This document shows, in pieces, positions 27,636 through 38,505 of a DNA stretch of 64,000 nucleotides. Position 1 is the first letter of the stretch, and each line of letters begins with the position of its first letter. Below the pieces are notes generated by a model. It was given only the letters and a program-made list of their open reading frames with translations, did not search any database and was not told the DNA's origin. A program made the position numbers and the translations under genes. The DNA is taken from contig JAGOQP010000006.1 of the NCBI GenBank assembly GCA_017991375.1, positions 3,200 to 67,199 on the forward strand. Reading direction: 5' to 3'. Source of the DNA: Minisyncoccota bacterium. GTDB taxonomy: Bacteria; Patescibacteriota; Minisyncoccia; UBA6257; JAGOQP01.

Positions 27636-28895
27636 TTATTCCCCCCTCTCTATCTTCGCCCCTAATGCGCGAAGCTTTCCATCAAGATCTTCGTAACCTC
27701 TGTCTATATAATCAATCGTGTCAACAACCGTTTCTCCCTGAGCAATAAGACCCGCAAGCACCACCGCGACACCACCACGAATATCCAAACTAGAGACGTG
27801 AGTACCTTTTAATTTAGTAGGGCCCTCAATAATCGCCCGATTGGGATTTTGAATTTCAACACGCGCCTTCATTAGCTTAAGCTCTTCAAGATACTTAAAG
27901 CGCCCCTCAAACATTGTGTCAAACACTTCGGTTTTTCCGTTTGCTTGAGTCATAAGCACCGCGTATTGCGGTTGAAGATCTGTCGCGAATCCTGGATATG
28001 GGCGCGGGTCAATATCCTGCGGTACGAGCTCGTCATGATGATGTGTGGTAATGTAAGACGCTCCTTCTCGTTCGCTTATACTAAACCGCGCTCCCGCATC
28101 AGCAAGTTTTTTGAGAAACAAATCACTATGACATAGACGCATAGGTCCCACGGTGATCTGAGAATTAGTGAGCACACCAGCGATAAGGTATGTCCCCGCT
28201 TCGATGCGATCGGGAAGCACCTCATGCTCAACACCATGCAAAGACGAAACTCCATCAACAGTAATACTATGAGTCCCCGCCCCACTGATACGAGCTCCCA
28301 TCGCGTTAAGAAAGGCGGCAAGATCTTCTATTTCTGGCTCAGCAGCCGCAACATGTATGTGTGTAGTACCCGATGAAAATACCGCCGCCATAAGAGCATT
28401 TTCGGTCGCGGTTACGCTCATTTTTTTGAGTACTACGTGAGCGGCTTTTGGTTTTCCATTGAGATAGAACTTTTCGTCCTTGTATTCAATAGAAACACCC
28501 ATTTGCTTAAACACATCAAGATGATCGTCTATCGGTCGAGATCCAATAAGACACCCCCCAGGTTGACTAAATATTGCCGAACCAAACCGCGCCAAAAGTG
28601 GTCCAATGAGCACAATGGATCCGCGCAATTTTTTACACAAATGTTCATCAAGATGAGATGATGAGACACCCGTGGGATCGATTCGCACAATGTTTCCCTC
28701 ACGCTCAACTCGCGCGCCAAGCCCGGTAAGAATTTCTAGTAACTTCTCAATATCAGTAATGCGTGGGACATTAGTAATAACGCACGGAGACGACGCAAGG
28801 ATCGTGGCGGGAATAATTTTAAGGGCCGCGTTTTTTGCTCCTTTAATGGCGACCTCCCCAGACAGAGAACACCCTCCAGTGATAGTAAATTTCAT
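27636..28895 (-). CDS. murA: UDP-N-acetylglucosamine 1-carboxyvinyltransferase MurA
   Basis: MKFTITGG...LSGEVAIKGAKNAALKIIPATILA... Active-site Cys region ...LKKLRGSIV... Start trimmed to MKFTI. Confidence 0.9.
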   Translation of the reverse strand: MKFTITGGCSLSGEVAIKGAKNAALKIIPATILASSPCVITNVPRITDIEKLLEILTGLGARVEREGNIVRIDPTGVSSSHLDEHLCKKLRGSIVLIGPLLARFGSAIFSQPGGCLIGSRPIDDHLDVFKQMGVSIEYKDEKFYLNGKPKAAHVVLKKMSVTATENALMAAVFSSGTTHIHVAAAEPEIEDLAAFLNAMGARISGAGTHSITVDGVSSLHGVEHEVLPDRIEAGTYLIAGVLTNSQITVGPMRLCHSDLFLKKLADAGARFSISEREGASYITTHHHDELVPQDIDPRPYPGFATDLQPQYAVLMTQANGKTEVFDTMFEGRFKYLEELKLMKARVEIQNPNRAIIEGPTKLKGTHVSSLDIRGGVAVVLAGLIAQGETVVDTIDYIDRGYEDLDGKLRALGAKIERGE

Positions 28896-29021
28896 AAAAT
28901 AAAAGATTGAAAACAATAGGCAAGCTACGCTATAATTCCTTTGATTATAGGGCGTTATGCCTATTATTTGCAATACGTCAGAGAGAGCGTGGTTAGCTGT
29001 ATATCACACCTCATCAACCTT

Positions 29022-30323
29022 ATGACCCATTCTTTTCGTAAAAAGATATTCTGGATATTTGTAGCTCTATTTGTACTGTTGGCAACCGCGGTGATGTTTT
29101 ATTCAAAAGGATTTCGTTTTGACATACAAACACTTTCCGTAACCAAAACGGGAGCAATTGAAATAGAGAGTACTCCCCGCGCGGTTAATATATACCTCAA
29201 CGAGGAACCATATAAAAACGAATCTAATCTGATACAAAAGGGAACGCTCATTAGTGGTGTTTTGCCGGCACGATACCGACTCGTACTCAAGAAAGAAGGG
29301 TTTTACGACTATGAAAAAAACATTGACGTGCGAGAAAACAGTGTCGTGCGCGTGCTTAACGCGCTCCTTACTCCCACCTCACTCACTATCTCCACTAGCA
29401 GCATACGAGCAACGGGAACACTTATTGCCGATTTTGACCCAGCTGGCAGAGTTATTATAGCCAATGAATCCACGTTCTCACACACTGTTTTTGCGCTTGA
29501 TGGTAATGCAACTCCCACTAACATCAACGCAACAATAGCTTCATTCTTTAAACAAAAAATCGAAAAAGTGTTGTTCTACCCAAAAGAAACAAATAAATTT
29601 CTTGTTAAAACAGCAAAAGGTATTTACCGTGTTGATATAAAAACAAAAGAAGCAACGCCAATCGCGACAAGCTCGATAGTGTTTTTTAAAAAAAGTGGCG
29701 ACAACCTACTGGTGGTTGCGCACCAACCAAAACCCATACAAAAAAAGGGTGTAAAAGCAACGACCACTCCCGCGCTTGCCGATACACTTTCGGTTATTGA
29801 CCTTACACTCAACACCGTTGGATCAACAATCGTTCTTCCTCTTACCACCGCGACCATAAAAGACGTGTCGTTTTCAAATAATCGACTCGCTCTTCTTTTT
29901 GAAAACGGCGATGCGTATATCCAAGAAACCGCCGGGGCTAATATGCTCAAGATCGCGCACGACGCGCAACGCGTACAGTTTTCTCCGGATGGAACAAAAA
30001 TACTTTATCAAGATATCGATGGAAAAACGTTTGTGCGCTTATTGGAAGATGACATAGTATCATTGGACGCGCAAAAAGGGTCAATGCTCCGCATAGCGCT
30101 TATTGATGCCAGCCGCATAAAAGATGTATGGTGGCACTGGGATTCGTATCATCTTATCATCCGCTACCCAAACAAAATAACACTCGCGGAAATAACAAGG
30201 ACCGAACCAAACAACCACTCAACACTCACCCAGGCAACGGGAATAACGTGGTACGATCAATCGACGAAGGCATTGTACATACTCTCTGAAAACAAATTAA
30301 CGCGAGCATCGCTTGAATGGTAA
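29022..30323 (+). CDS. Hypothetical membrane-anchored protein with a PEGA-like domain
   Basis: N-terminal TM (IFWIFVALFVLLATAVMFY), then AVNIYLNEEPY...GVLPARYRLVLKKEGFYDYEKNIDV, which is PEGA-like. Confidence 0.5.
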   Translation: MTHSFRKKIFWIFVALFVLLATAVMFYSKGFRFDIQTLSVTKTGAIEIESTPRAVNIYLNEEPYKNESNLIQKGTLISGVLPARYRLVLKKEGFYDYEKNIDVRENSVVRVLNALLTPTSLTISTSSIRATGTLIADFDPAGRVIIANESTFSHTVFALDGNATPTNINATIASFFKQKIEKVLFYPKETNKFLVKTAKGIYRVDIKTKEATPIATSSIVFFKKSGDNLLVVAHQPKPIQKKGVKATTTPALADTLSVIDLTLNTVGSTIVLPLTTATIKDVSFSNNRLALLFENGDAYIQETAGANMLKIAHDAQRVQFSPDGTKILYQDIDGKTFVRLLEDDIVSLDAQKGSMLRIALIDASRIKDVWWHWDSYHLIIRYPNKITLAEITRTEPNNHSTLTQATGITWYDQSTKALYILSENKLTRASLEW

Positions 30324-30365
30324 TAACAAAAATCTCCCACGATGATTTGTGGGAGATTTTTGTTA

Positions 30366-30845
30366 TTAGCGTTTTGACCACTGCGGAGATTTGCGCGCTT
30401 TCTTGAGACCGTATTTCTTTCGCTCAACCATACGCGGATCGCGAGTAAGAAACCCAAATACTTTGAGTTTTTTGCGAAGTTGTTCATCGTGTTTTACGAG
30501 CGCTCGAGCGATACCATGGCGTACCGCTTGCGCTTGAGATGAGATTCCTCCTCCAGTAACTGAAACCGTGATAACAAACAACCCCAGTAAGTCAGTTTTT
30601 GAAAGTGGGCTTAAAATCAACTTTCGATGCTGTGCCAACGGAAAATATGTTTCCAATGATTTTCCATTTACCGTAACGTGAGAAGAAGATGTTTCGGTAT
30701 GTTCCCCCTCTTTGGGAGCGTGGGGCGCGGTGACAATGCGAACACGCGCGACAGACGTTTTTCTACGCCCAACGCCTTCGGTGTACTTTCCGGCTTTTGC
30801 TTTTAGCGTATGAGTATCACTCTTTTTGGTAATTTTGTGCTCCAT
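30366..30845 (-). CDS. rpsI: 30S ribosomal protein S9 with an N-terminal extension and internal insertion
   Basis: [19 protein letters not shown] and the C-terminal [17 protein letters not shown]. Confidence 0.9.
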   Translation of the reverse strand: MEHKITKKSDTHTLKAKAGKYTEGVGRRKTSVARVRIVTAPHAPKEGEHTETSSSHVTVNGKSLETYFPLAQHRKLILSPLSKTDLLGLFVITVSVTGGGISSQAQAVRHGIARALVKHDEQLRKKLKVFGFLTRDPRMVERKKYGLKKARKSPQWSKR

Positions 30846-30847
30846 AG

Positions 30848-31189
30848 TTACTCAATAATGAGATTTTTAATGCGAATCGCCTGTAATTTGTTTTTTGGCA
30901 GCATATGCAACACCGCTTGGCGTAGCACATACCCTTTACCATGTTTGGCGATAACGTCTTTCATCGGCCTTTCTTTCAGATGCCCAATTTGCGTAGTATG
31001 CGCGTAGTATATTTTTTGTTCCTCCTTATTGCCACCCACGGTGAGATCGTTGATATTCTTGAGAATCACTCGATCGGACCCCGCGAGACGAGGATCATAA
31101 GACGGGCTTTTTTTCCCTTGCAAAATCATCGCCGCCTCTGACGCGACACGACCTAAACGCTTTTGGGAACAGTCAATGATATAGTCCAT
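30848..31189 (-). CDS. rplM: 50S ribosomal protein L13
   Basis: [22 protein letters not shown]...[19 protein letters not shown]... Confidence 0.9.
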   Translation of the reverse strand: MDYIIDCSQKRLGRVASEAAMILQGKKSPSYDPRLAGSDRVILKNINDLTVGGNKEEQKIYYAHTTQIGHLKERPMKDVIAKHGKGYVLRQAVLHMLPKNKLQAIRIKNLIIE

Positions 31190-31207
31190 AAACGTAGTAT
31201 GCGTGAA

Positions 31208-33346
31208 TTATTTTTTACCTTCAACAATTAGTTGCTCAATGTTTTTTGGAACCTCCTCATAGTGAGAAAACTCCATCGTAAATGATCCGCGCCCTTGAGT
31301 CATTGAGCGTAATTTGGTCGCGTACCCAAACATTTCAGCAAGTGGCACCATCGAATCAATAACTTTTACCGAGGCGCGATCCCCTAATTCTTCGATACGA
31401 CCGCGCTTGGCAGACAAATCACCCGTTACATCTCCCAGAAAATCAGCGGGGGCAATGACCTGAACTTTCATAATCGGCTCAAGCAATACCGGCTTTGCGG
31501 CCTTTGCCGCGTCTTGAAACGCCATGGAACCGGCAATTTTAAACGCCGCTTCTGATGAGTCGACTTCGTGGTACGATCCATCGTAAAGAGTAACCTCAAC
31601 ATCGATAACCGGGTACCCCGCAACCACACCACGCGACATTGCTTCTTTGATACCCTTTTCAATAGGAGAGATAAATTCTTGTGGAATAACTCCTCCTTTA
31701 ATTTGGTTAACAAATACAAACCCCTTACCACGCTCAAGTGGAGCGATTCTGATTTTACAATGTCCATACTGACCTTTTCCACCGGATTGACGAATGTATT
31801 TTCCTTCGGCTTCGGCATTGTTTTTGATTGTTTCTTTGTATGAAACCTGTGGACGTCCTACGATTGCTTCGACGCTAAATTCGCGCTTCATACGATCAAC
31901 TAAGATTTCCAAATGCAATTCTCCCATACCCCAGATAATCGTTTCTCCGGTTTCGGCATTTCCCGTAACGCGAAATATTGGATCTTCGTCGGAAAGACGC
32001 TTTAAGGCCATACCAAGTTTTTCTTGGTCTGCTTTGGTTTTTGGCTCAATGCGCAAATTAATAACCGGCTCGGGGAAAGTGATTTTTTCAAGCACAATTG
32101 GATGTGCTGGATCACACAACGTGTCTCCGGTAGTGGTATTTTTGAGTCCAACAATCGCCCCCAGGTCCCCAGTGCGCATTTCCTCGACATCTTCTCGGTG
32201 ATTGGCGTGCATACGCACAATACGACCAATACGTTCTTGATTGTCTTTGGTCGCGTTAAGTACGTACGATCCCTTAGCGAGCACGCCACTATAAATACGG
32301 AAGTAGGTTAGGTTTCCCACAAACGGATCGGTGGCGATTTTGAATGCGACCGCCGTAAGTGGTTGGTCGTCGGACGGCGTGCGTGAAAGTTCTTGGCCCG
32401 TAGCAGGATCAGTTCCCTTGATTGGTTTTGATTCGGTGATATCAAGCGGCGAAGGAAGATAATCAATAACACCATCGAGCATGAGCTGGACCCCTTTGTT
32501 GCGCAATGCCGATCCACAAAATACAGGCACTAAGTCGGTCGCGATAGTCGCGGCTCTAAGCACACGACGCAAATCGGAAACGGAAATTTCTTCTCCCGCC
32601 AAATAGCGCTCCATAAGCGCTTCATCTTTTTCAACAATTTTTTCAACAAGTAATGCGCGCTTGGCATCAATTTCAGTAACCATATCAGCGGGAATATCTA
32701 TGCGAGTAAGTTCTTCTCCATGCTCCCCTCCGAATGAGTACGCGCATCTTTCTATAAGATCAATAACTCCTTTGAAGTTCTCTTCAAGTCCAATAGGAAG
32801 CTGTACTTGCACCGCGTTAGGCGTTAAGCGCTCTATGATGGACTCAAATGATTTTTGGAAACTTGCTCCCATGCGATCCAACTTATTCACAAAACAAATG
32901 CGCGGCACTTTATACTTGTCGGCTTGTCGCCACACTGTTTCTGATTGCGGTTCAACGCCCGCGACACCATCGAATACCGTGACGCCACCATCAAGCACGC
33001 GTAAACTGCGCTCAACTTCGGCGGTAAAATCAACGTGTCCCGGCGTATCAATAATGTTAATACGATGCTCGTGTTCGTTTCGAACCGCTTGCACGTCAAC
33101 ACCAGACGCGCTGGTCATGCGAATAGGAGTCCAAAAACAAGTCGTTGCGGCTGAGGTGATAGTAATACCACGTTCTCGCTCTTGTTCCATCCAGTCCATA
33201 GTCGCTTCTCCTTCGTGCACCTCTCCGATTTTGTGAGAAATACCCGTGTAAAAGAGAATGCGTTCGGACACAGTGGTCTTACCCGCGTCGATGTGAGCAA
33301 TAATTCCAATGTTTCGATACTTTTCTAATGGATACTGTTTAGCCAT
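31208..33346 (-). CDS. fusA: Elongation factor G
   Basis: [22 protein letters not shown] and NKLDR GTPase motifs. Full five-domain length, 712 aa. A small insertion follows switch I. Confidence 0.95.
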   Translation of the reverse strand: MAKQYPLEKYRNIGIIAHIDAGKTTVSERILFYTGISHKIGEVHEGEATMDWMEQERERGITITSAATTCFWTPIRMTSASGVDVQAVRNEHEHRINIIDTPGHVDFTAEVERSLRVLDGGVTVFDGVAGVEPQSETVWRQADKYKVPRICFVNKLDRMGASFQKSFESIIERLTPNAVQVQLPIGLEENFKGVIDLIERCAYSFGGEHGEELTRIDIPADMVTEIDAKRALLVEKIVEKDEALMERYLAGEEISVSDLRRVLRAATIATDLVPVFCGSALRNKGVQLMLDGVIDYLPSPLDITESKPIKGTDPATGQELSRTPSDDQPLTAVAFKIATDPFVGNLTYFRIYSGVLAKGSYVLNATKDNQERIGRIVRMHANHREDVEEMRTGDLGAIVGLKNTTTGDTLCDPAHPIVLEKITFPEPVINLRIEPKTKADQEKLGMALKRLSDEDPIFRVTGNAETGETIIWGMGELHLEILVDRMKREFSVEAIVGRPQVSYKETIKNNAEAEGKYIRQSGGKGQYGHCKIRIAPLERGKGFVFVNQIKGGVIPQEFISPIEKGIKEAMSRGVVAGYPVIDVEVTLYDGSYHEVDSSEAAFKIAGSMAFQDAAKAAKPVLLEPIMKVQVIAPADFLGDVTGDLSAKRGRIEELGDRASVKVIDSMVPLAEMFGYATKLRSMTQGRGSFTMEFSHYEEVPKNIEQLIVEGKK

Positions 33347-33382
33347 AAATGTTCAGAAAATAAGTAGTGTAGTAATAGAATG

Positions 33383-33850
33383 TTAGCCCCTAAAATGCGC
33401 GAACGCGCGGTTTGCCTCGGCCATTTTGTGGACGTTTTGTTTCTTTCTAATTGCCGCTCCGTCGTTGTTGTACGCGGCAACAATCTCATCGGCAAGTTTT
33501 TGCGCCATTGGCTTTCCTTTGACGCCTTCAGCTCCACTAATCATCCAGTTGCATGCCAAGAAAAACTTACGAGTGGGACGCACCTCACGCGGGACTTGGT
33601 AGTTGGCACCACCAATACGCTTTGAAACCACCTCAAAAAGCGGTGACGCATTTTCGATTGCTTGGTCAAAAACTTCAAGCGCGTCTTTTTTTGTTCGCTT
33701 GGCGACTTCATCAAGCGCGGAATATACCACGCTCTGCGCGACGGTTTTTTTCCCATCTTTCATGAGATAGTTAATAAACCGCGCCACTGTTAAACTGTTA
33801 TGTTTTATATCTGGCTCGATATCTCGCTTGTAATTTCGCTTTTTTCTCAT
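33383..33850 (-). CDS. rpsG: 30S ribosomal protein S7
   Basis: 155 aa; typical S7 N-terminus MRKKRNYKRDIEPD..., and ...MAEANRAFAHFRG. Confidence 0.95.
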   Translation of the reverse strand: MRKKRNYKRDIEPDIKHNSLTVARFINYLMKDGKKTVAQSVVYSALDEVAKRTKKDALEVFDQAIENASPLFEVVSKRIGGANYQVPREVRPTRKFFLACNWMISGAEGVKGKPMAQKLADEIVAAYNNDGAAIRKKQNVHKMAEANRAFAHFRG

Positions 33851-33910
33851 AGATCGTTAATGCCGACACGTCAAACCACAACCTTTTGTTGTTTGTTATC
33901 GGCTATTGGT

Positions 33911-34327
33911 TTATTGTTTTTTTGCTCGCTTTACTCCGTATTTACTTCGCTCTTGTTTGCGATTAGTAACTCCAGTGGTATCAAATCGTCCTCGCACAAC
34001 ATGATAACGAACGCCGGGAAGATCTTTAACACGCCCACCACGAACCATCACCACCGAGTGCTCTTGCAGGTTGTGTCCTTCTCCAGGAATGTAGGCGGTT
34101 ACCTCCATACCGTTAGTGAGACGAACGCGCGCCACTTTGCGCAACGCTGAGTTTGGTTTCTTTGGTGTAGTAGTAAACACTTTTGTGCACACCCCGCGCT
34201 TAAACGGCGATCCTGAATCAACTGGTCGATTTTTGATGGTATTAAAATAATACCCGAGCGCTGGTGATTTTGACTTTTTTGTTCCCTGTTTGCGGGAACC
34301 GCGAACTAACTGATTAATCGTTGGCAT
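33911..34327 (-). CDS. rpsL: 30S ribosomal protein S12
   Basis: [10 protein letters not shown]... [19 protein letters not shown]...[13 protein letters not shown]. Start trimmed to MPTINQ. Confidence 0.9.
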   Translation of the reverse strand: MPTINQLVRGSRKQGTKKSKSPALGYYFNTIKNRPVDSGSPFKRGVCTKVFTTTPKKPNSALRKVARVRLTNGMEVTAYIPGEGHNLQEHSVVMVRGGRVKDLPGVRYHVVRGRFDTTGVTNRKQERSKYGVKRAKKQ

Positions 34328-34640
34328 TATGTGTAAGCTAATAACTAATAACACGACGGGCAATCGCCCATCTTGGTAACTAGTACCAATCAGCAAGATT
34401 GATATACGTCCGTTTAATATGCGCTACGAAACGTGATTAAAGAGACAAAAAGCCACTTTTACCACACGCATAAGAGCTAGCGTGATAAGAGAACACCACG
34501 CCAACAGTGCAAAAACTATACCAGAAAAGAGTGCGGAGTGTCAAATTGAGCAGTGGTTAGTGAACAGTGACTAGTAGTCAACGAAAGAAGTAATCATTTA
34601 TCTTTAATCATTAACCGGGGCTCATCGTTTTACGTCTTGC

Positions 34641-35249
34641 CTACACAAGCAACCGATACAGTCCATTTACAATGGGAATAATGAGTTCAAAACCGAATAG
34701 AACGAATAAAATAATAAGCCACCAACCGTAACGTTCTGCCGCTAATTCAAACCGAGAAAAACGTCCCGGAAGCAACGAGAAAAGAACTTTTGAGCCATCA
34801 AGTGGTGGAATAGGAACAAGGTTAAAAACCATAAGTCCCAAATTAATAGCGATAGTAATTTGCAATAACACGGGTTGGATTACAACGCCGGCAAACGGCG
34901 TCCTCAGTAGAAGCGCCGCGATAATCGCAAGCACTAAATTACTCGCTGGCCCCGAGAGCGCGATAAGCCCTCCCCCACGACGAGGATTTGAAAGATTCAT
35001 TGGGTTATAGGGAACGGGACGAGCCCACCCAAGCACAAAACCACCCCCCGAAAGCATATAGAGCCCGAGCGGCAAGAGCACTGATCCAAAAGGATCGATG
35101 TGCGCCAATGGATTGAGTGTTAGTCGCCCCGCGTCTTTTGCGGTTGTGTCTCCCAACCAATACGCGACCAATCCATGCATAACCTCATGAACAATGACGG
35201 AAAAAATAAGGATGACTAACTGGAAAAGCACCAAAACACCTTCTGACAT
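34641..35249 (-). CDS. M50-family (site-2 protease-like) zinc metalloprotease, small form
   Basis: HEVMHG (HExxH) in TM1; second zinc ligand region ...NLVLAII...; 202 aa. Confidence 0.7.
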   Translation of the reverse strand: MSEGVLVLFQLVILIFSVIVHEVMHGLVAYWLGDTTAKDAGRLTLNPLAHIDPFGSVLLPLGLYMLSGGGFVLGWARPVPYNPMNLSNPRRGGGLIALSGPASNLVLAIIAALLLRTPFAGVVIQPVLLQITIAINLGLMVFNLVPIPPLDGSKVLFSLLPGRFSRFELAAERYGWWLIILFVLFGFELIIPIVNGLYRLLV

Positions 35250-35262
35250 ATAGTAATTTTAT

Positions 35263-36492
35263 TTATTGATTTAACGTATCGCGCGCAAATGATTTTATTT
35301 GTTCAATGGAAAACGACGGGGAGGGCGCTTGAATAATTTTTGTATGGTTAATATTCCCCATGGTCAAAGAGATGGAAGCTACGGACCAATCGCCCAACAC
35401 CAGTGATCCCGCGATGGGGATCAGAACCATACGATACACTATTTGCGTGGAAGGAACAATCCATATAGACATACGCGACTGATCAAGAATCGTTTTTATT
35501 GAATCGCACAGAGGCGTACGCGCTACGTTCTGACAATAGTCAAAAAACGCATCCTCCCACGCGGGAGAAAGAGTAACACCGTAGCGAGAAAAAGAAGTAT
35601 TGTTTTCGCGCGCATCTCCTTCATATACAACTTCAAGCGGTGCGGTTTTTAGAGAAGCAAAAGAGTTATACGACGCCTCGCCCATCACCCCATCGAAAAA
35701 TCGCCGCGATGAGACAGGAGCAAGAAATCCAGTATCGTGCGTGGAAGTAGATAGTGCCACCCACCTCCCCAGTGATTTTTGAGCAATAGTAAAATCGGAC
35801 GACGTAGGAAGGAGAAAGCGATCTGAAAGTTTTATAAAAAGACCTGATGACGCGTATGGTTTTATAAACGTACCCTCCCACAACAACGTGCTTGTGCTTA
35901 ATAATTCCCCGTTAAAAAATGAGAACAAAACAGAATGTGAGTAATCAGGAATTGTTTGTACAACGCCGTACGCCGAAAGAGAAATGGGTCCACTGGAAAA
36001 AAGTACGTTGTCCCAAAGAAGTTTTGTTTTTTCCTCTGTATGCGCTACTACGCCAGAAGCATGCCCGACATACTCATATGAGGACGTATTGAGGAGTGAA
36101 AAGAGCGCTCGGCGCACTACCTGTTGAGGAGAATGGGTTATGGAGCGCCACCAAGCGACGCCGCCCCCTATGCCAATAATAATCACCACGAGTGAAACAA
36201 TGACAAGCACTCGATGAGATGAGATAAAAGAAAAAAATGCGGGGGTCGGAGCATGATCTTCGGAAGTAATGCGGTCACTCACGCGTGAAACATGTTGTAC
36301 ATAAGAGCTTCTTGGATACTTTCCAGTTAGAAAATAAGCAGGTATTTTACCTTCTCGATCAAGTTCGGAAAACGTCTGAATAATATCTTTGTATGAAAAG
36401 CCGGCAAAAATACAATCGCTTATAATTTGCTCTTTAGTACTTCCCCGTTCAATGTGCGCGATAATGCTCTGCTTTAGATCATGTTGGGGCAT
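35263..36492 (-). CDS. Hypothetical single-pass membrane protein
   Basis: Long ORF with an internal TM (VLVIVSLVVIIIGIGGGVAWW) and no recognisable domain. Start trimmed to MPQHD. Confidence 0.45.
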   Translation of the reverse strand: MPQHDLKQSIIAHIERGSTKEQIISDCIFAGFSYKDIIQTFSELDREGKIPAYFLTGKYPRSSYVQHVSRVSDRITSEDHAPTPAFFSFISSHRVLVIVSLVVIIIGIGGGVAWWRSITHSPQQVVRRALFSLLNTSSYEYVGHASGVVAHTEEKTKLLWDNVLFSSGPISLSAYGVVQTIPDYSHSVLFSFFNGELLSTSTLLWEGTFIKPYASSGLFIKLSDRFLLPTSSDFTIAQKSLGRWVALSTSTHDTGFLAPVSSRRFFDGVMGEASYNSFASLKTAPLEVVYEGDARENNTSFSRYGVTLSPAWEDAFFDYCQNVARTPLCDSIKTILDQSRMSIWIVPSTQIVYRMVLIPIAGSLVLGDWSVASISLTMGNINHTKIIQAPSPSFSIEQIKSFARDTLNQ

Positions 36493-36681
36493 ATAAGATA
36501 AGTATAAAGGGGAAGGGAGAAAATGGAAAGAGAAACAGACGATCATTCATCTTTGATCCTTAATCCTTAACCACATCCTATAGCTCGTTCCACGTGCCCT
36601 TCCGTAGTCCGCCCTTGGCGGACGTAGGAGGGCTAATCACTATTTTTGTCCTTCGACAAGCTCAGGACGAGCTTGCGCTTG

Positions 36682-36698
36682 TCGGGCTGCGGGGAATC
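36682..36698 (-). repeat. 17-nt exact duplicate of the tRNA-Pro 3' end (T-stem/acceptor)
   Basis: tcgggctgcggggaatc occurs at 36682-36698 and, within the tRNA, at 36864-36880. Confidence 0.6.
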
Positions 36699-36820
36699 TC
36701 ACGTCGTCCCTCATATACATTCGGGACTCTTTCAAAACCCTCAGTTTTTCCGCCTGAGGCGGACTATACGGGAAACTGCTAGTTTCCCGACCCCTTCCTG
36801 ATTCAATTCTCTTGAACCCA

Positions 36821-36855
36821 GACAAAAATAAAACCCCTCCATTCGGAGAAGTTTT
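36821..36855 (-). terminator. Rho-independent terminator of tRNA-Pro
   Basis: Minus strand: AAAACUUCUCC-gaau-GGAGGGGUUUU, an 11-bp stem with two GU pairs, followed by AUUUUUG. Confidence 0.6.
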
Positions 36856-36863
36856 GTTTTCGT

Positions 36864-36934
36864 TCGGGCTGCGGGGAATCGAACCCCGGCTACAAGACCC
36901 CCAGCCTCGCGTACTACCATTATACGACAGCCCG
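36864..36934 (-). tRNA. tRNA-Pro (anticodon GGG), 71 nt, CCA not encoded
   Basis: Hand-folded cloverleaf. Acceptor CGGGCUG/CAGCCCG with C1:G72 (the bacterial tRNA-Pro hallmark). D-arm GUAU-AAUGGUA-GUAC. Anticodon arm CGAGG-CUGGGGG-UCUUG with G37. T-arm CGGGG-UUCGAUU-CCCCG. Confidence 0.7.
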
Positions 36935-37017
36935 ATCAACAACCACCGCCAGTATACCTCAAAATTTCATATAACAAAAATCCTCTTCGCTGAAAAAGAG
37001 GATTTCATATAGTAATA

Positions 37018-37203
37018 TTATTTTCCTTTTGATTGTTTTTTGATGCACGACGTACACGCAACAACACGCTTTCCATGAGCGTCTTTCATTGTCTGCAGGT
37101 TGGGATACTTACGAGACCAGTTAACTGGATTATATTTACCACGCAATTTCTTGCGCGTTCCTCCCATCCGCGATCCTTTTCCACAAATAGAACACTGTTT
37201 CAT
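37018..37203 (-). CDS. rpmB: 50S ribosomal protein L28
   Basis: MKQCSICGKG...PNLQ...VVACTSCIKK has the bL28 Cys pattern. Start trimmed to MKQC. Confidence 0.8.
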   Translation of the reverse strand: MKQCSICGKGSRMGGTRKKLRGKYNPVNWSRKYPNLQTMKDAHGKRVVACTSCIKKQSKGK

Positions 37204-37406
37204 AAAATAATACCAAAAGACAGTAGCTATACTATACACGAAAGAGCCCTGCGGTCAAGACTTTTCGCCTAAGTAGGCAAGTGGGTGGGCTCTGCCTCTA
37301 CCCACAGGCAAAGGCACGGGCGCCCTCCCAGTAAAGACTATTTGTCCGAAAGTCTTTTAGCAGGACTCACTGGTATGGTAACAAGTGCGCTACCGAAAGT
37401 CAAAAA

Positions 37407-38483
37407 CTACAACCCGAGTTGCTTACTCATCTGACAGATTAATGAAACCACCACGGGAGGAGGAAGCAAACTGTAGCATAAAACGCCGTTTTCATCGCTC
37501 ACTGACCACTTTTGCTCGGACACAGAAACAGCGTTAGTTGCTGGATCTACCGAATACACATACGCGGGGGTGATTTCATAATCATCAACCTCTTGATCAG
37601 CAACAGACACAGGAACTGAGTTTCGCAAAAATATTTTTGACACCCCGTTAAAATCGATGAGCGAGCGCGTAACGGTGTTATCAAGCTCAATACGATCACG
37701 GATGACTTCTATGCCAAGATTATCACCCTCCTTGGGAACCATACGCGTCCCGTGACACGCGGGATTGTCGCACATAAGATAAAATTCTTTTGTGGTCGCG
37801 TCGTACCCCACCTCTTTTGTTCTGAGAAGTTTTAAATTTCGTGGAGTGTGGCACTCGGGACAGACCACGCGATAACGAATGCGTTCATCAACAACGCTCT
37901 CGGGAACATCAATAAATACAAAAAAATCCGGATCATCACGATATCCCATAAGATCTCTAAAGTACATTGAGTAAGAAATTTGATCGAGATCGCGGGGAAA
38001 CCCATCAATAAAAAGCGCTTTATGTTCCGCTTTATCAATCTCTCGACGTAAAAGCGCGAGAATCAATTCCGTAGGAAGCAACTTGGATGCAGAGCGCCCC
38101 AAGAGCGCGTCAAGAGATTGTTCAAGTGAGAGCGCCCCACGATAATTTTTTTGAAGATACGTTAGTAATTCCTCTTTGCTCTCCGGTTGCTCCATAGCAT
38201 GGTGCACGCTACGCACAATATCTCCCACGGAAATGTGCGCAACCCGATCGGAGCCAATGATTTCAGCAAACGCTTTTGCGTACGTTCCCTTGCCAGAATT
38301 TTTCTTTCCCATAAGAAACGCGACAAAAGTGTTTTTGCTTAAGTATTCTTTTAACTTCTCTATTTCAGTCCCTGCTTTAAGAGTAAAATATTGTTTTCGT
38401 TGCGCGAGATCATCTAGTAAAAATTTCTGATTAGACTCTCCTCGTCCCTTTGTTTTAAACACGGGGAATTCATATCCTTTCAT
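37407..38483 (-). CDS. Adenylate kinase-family nucleoside monophosphate kinase with N- and C-terminal extensions
   Basis: P-loop GKKNSGKGT, FIDGFPRDLDQ, and a zinc LID CPECH...CDNPACHG. At 358 aa it is longer than the typical ~215-aa enzyme. Confidence 0.6.
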   Translation of the reverse strand: MKGYEFPVFKTKGRGESNQKFLLDDLAQRKQYFTLKAGTEIEKLKEYLSKNTFVAFLMGKKNSGKGTYAKAFAEIIGSDRVAHISVGDIVRSVHHAMEQPESKEELLTYLQKNYRGALSLEQSLDALLGRSASKLLPTELILALLRREIDKAEHKALFIDGFPRDLDQISYSMYFRDLMGYRDDPDFFVFIDVPESVVDERIRYRVVCPECHTPRNLKLLRTKEVGYDATTKEFYLMCDNPACHGTRMVPKEGDNLGIEVIRDRIELDNTVTRSLIDFNGVSKIFLRNSVPVSVADQEVDDYEITPAYVYSVDPATNAVSVSEQKWSVSDENGVLCYSLLPPPVVVSLICQMSKQLGL

Positions 38484-38505
38484 ACTGTTTTGTAGTGGTA
38501 ATTTA

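Noticed and set aside
36594-36860. Possible tmRNA, RNase P RNA or SRP RNA in the hairpin-rich spacer next to tRNA-Pro
   Set aside because: A complete tRNA (T-arm plus acceptor contiguous) excludes a tmRNA tRNA-like end. I found no tag-peptide reading frame, no RNase P P4 motif (AAAGUCCGGGC), and no SRP domain IV consensus. It is kept only as an unclassified structured region.
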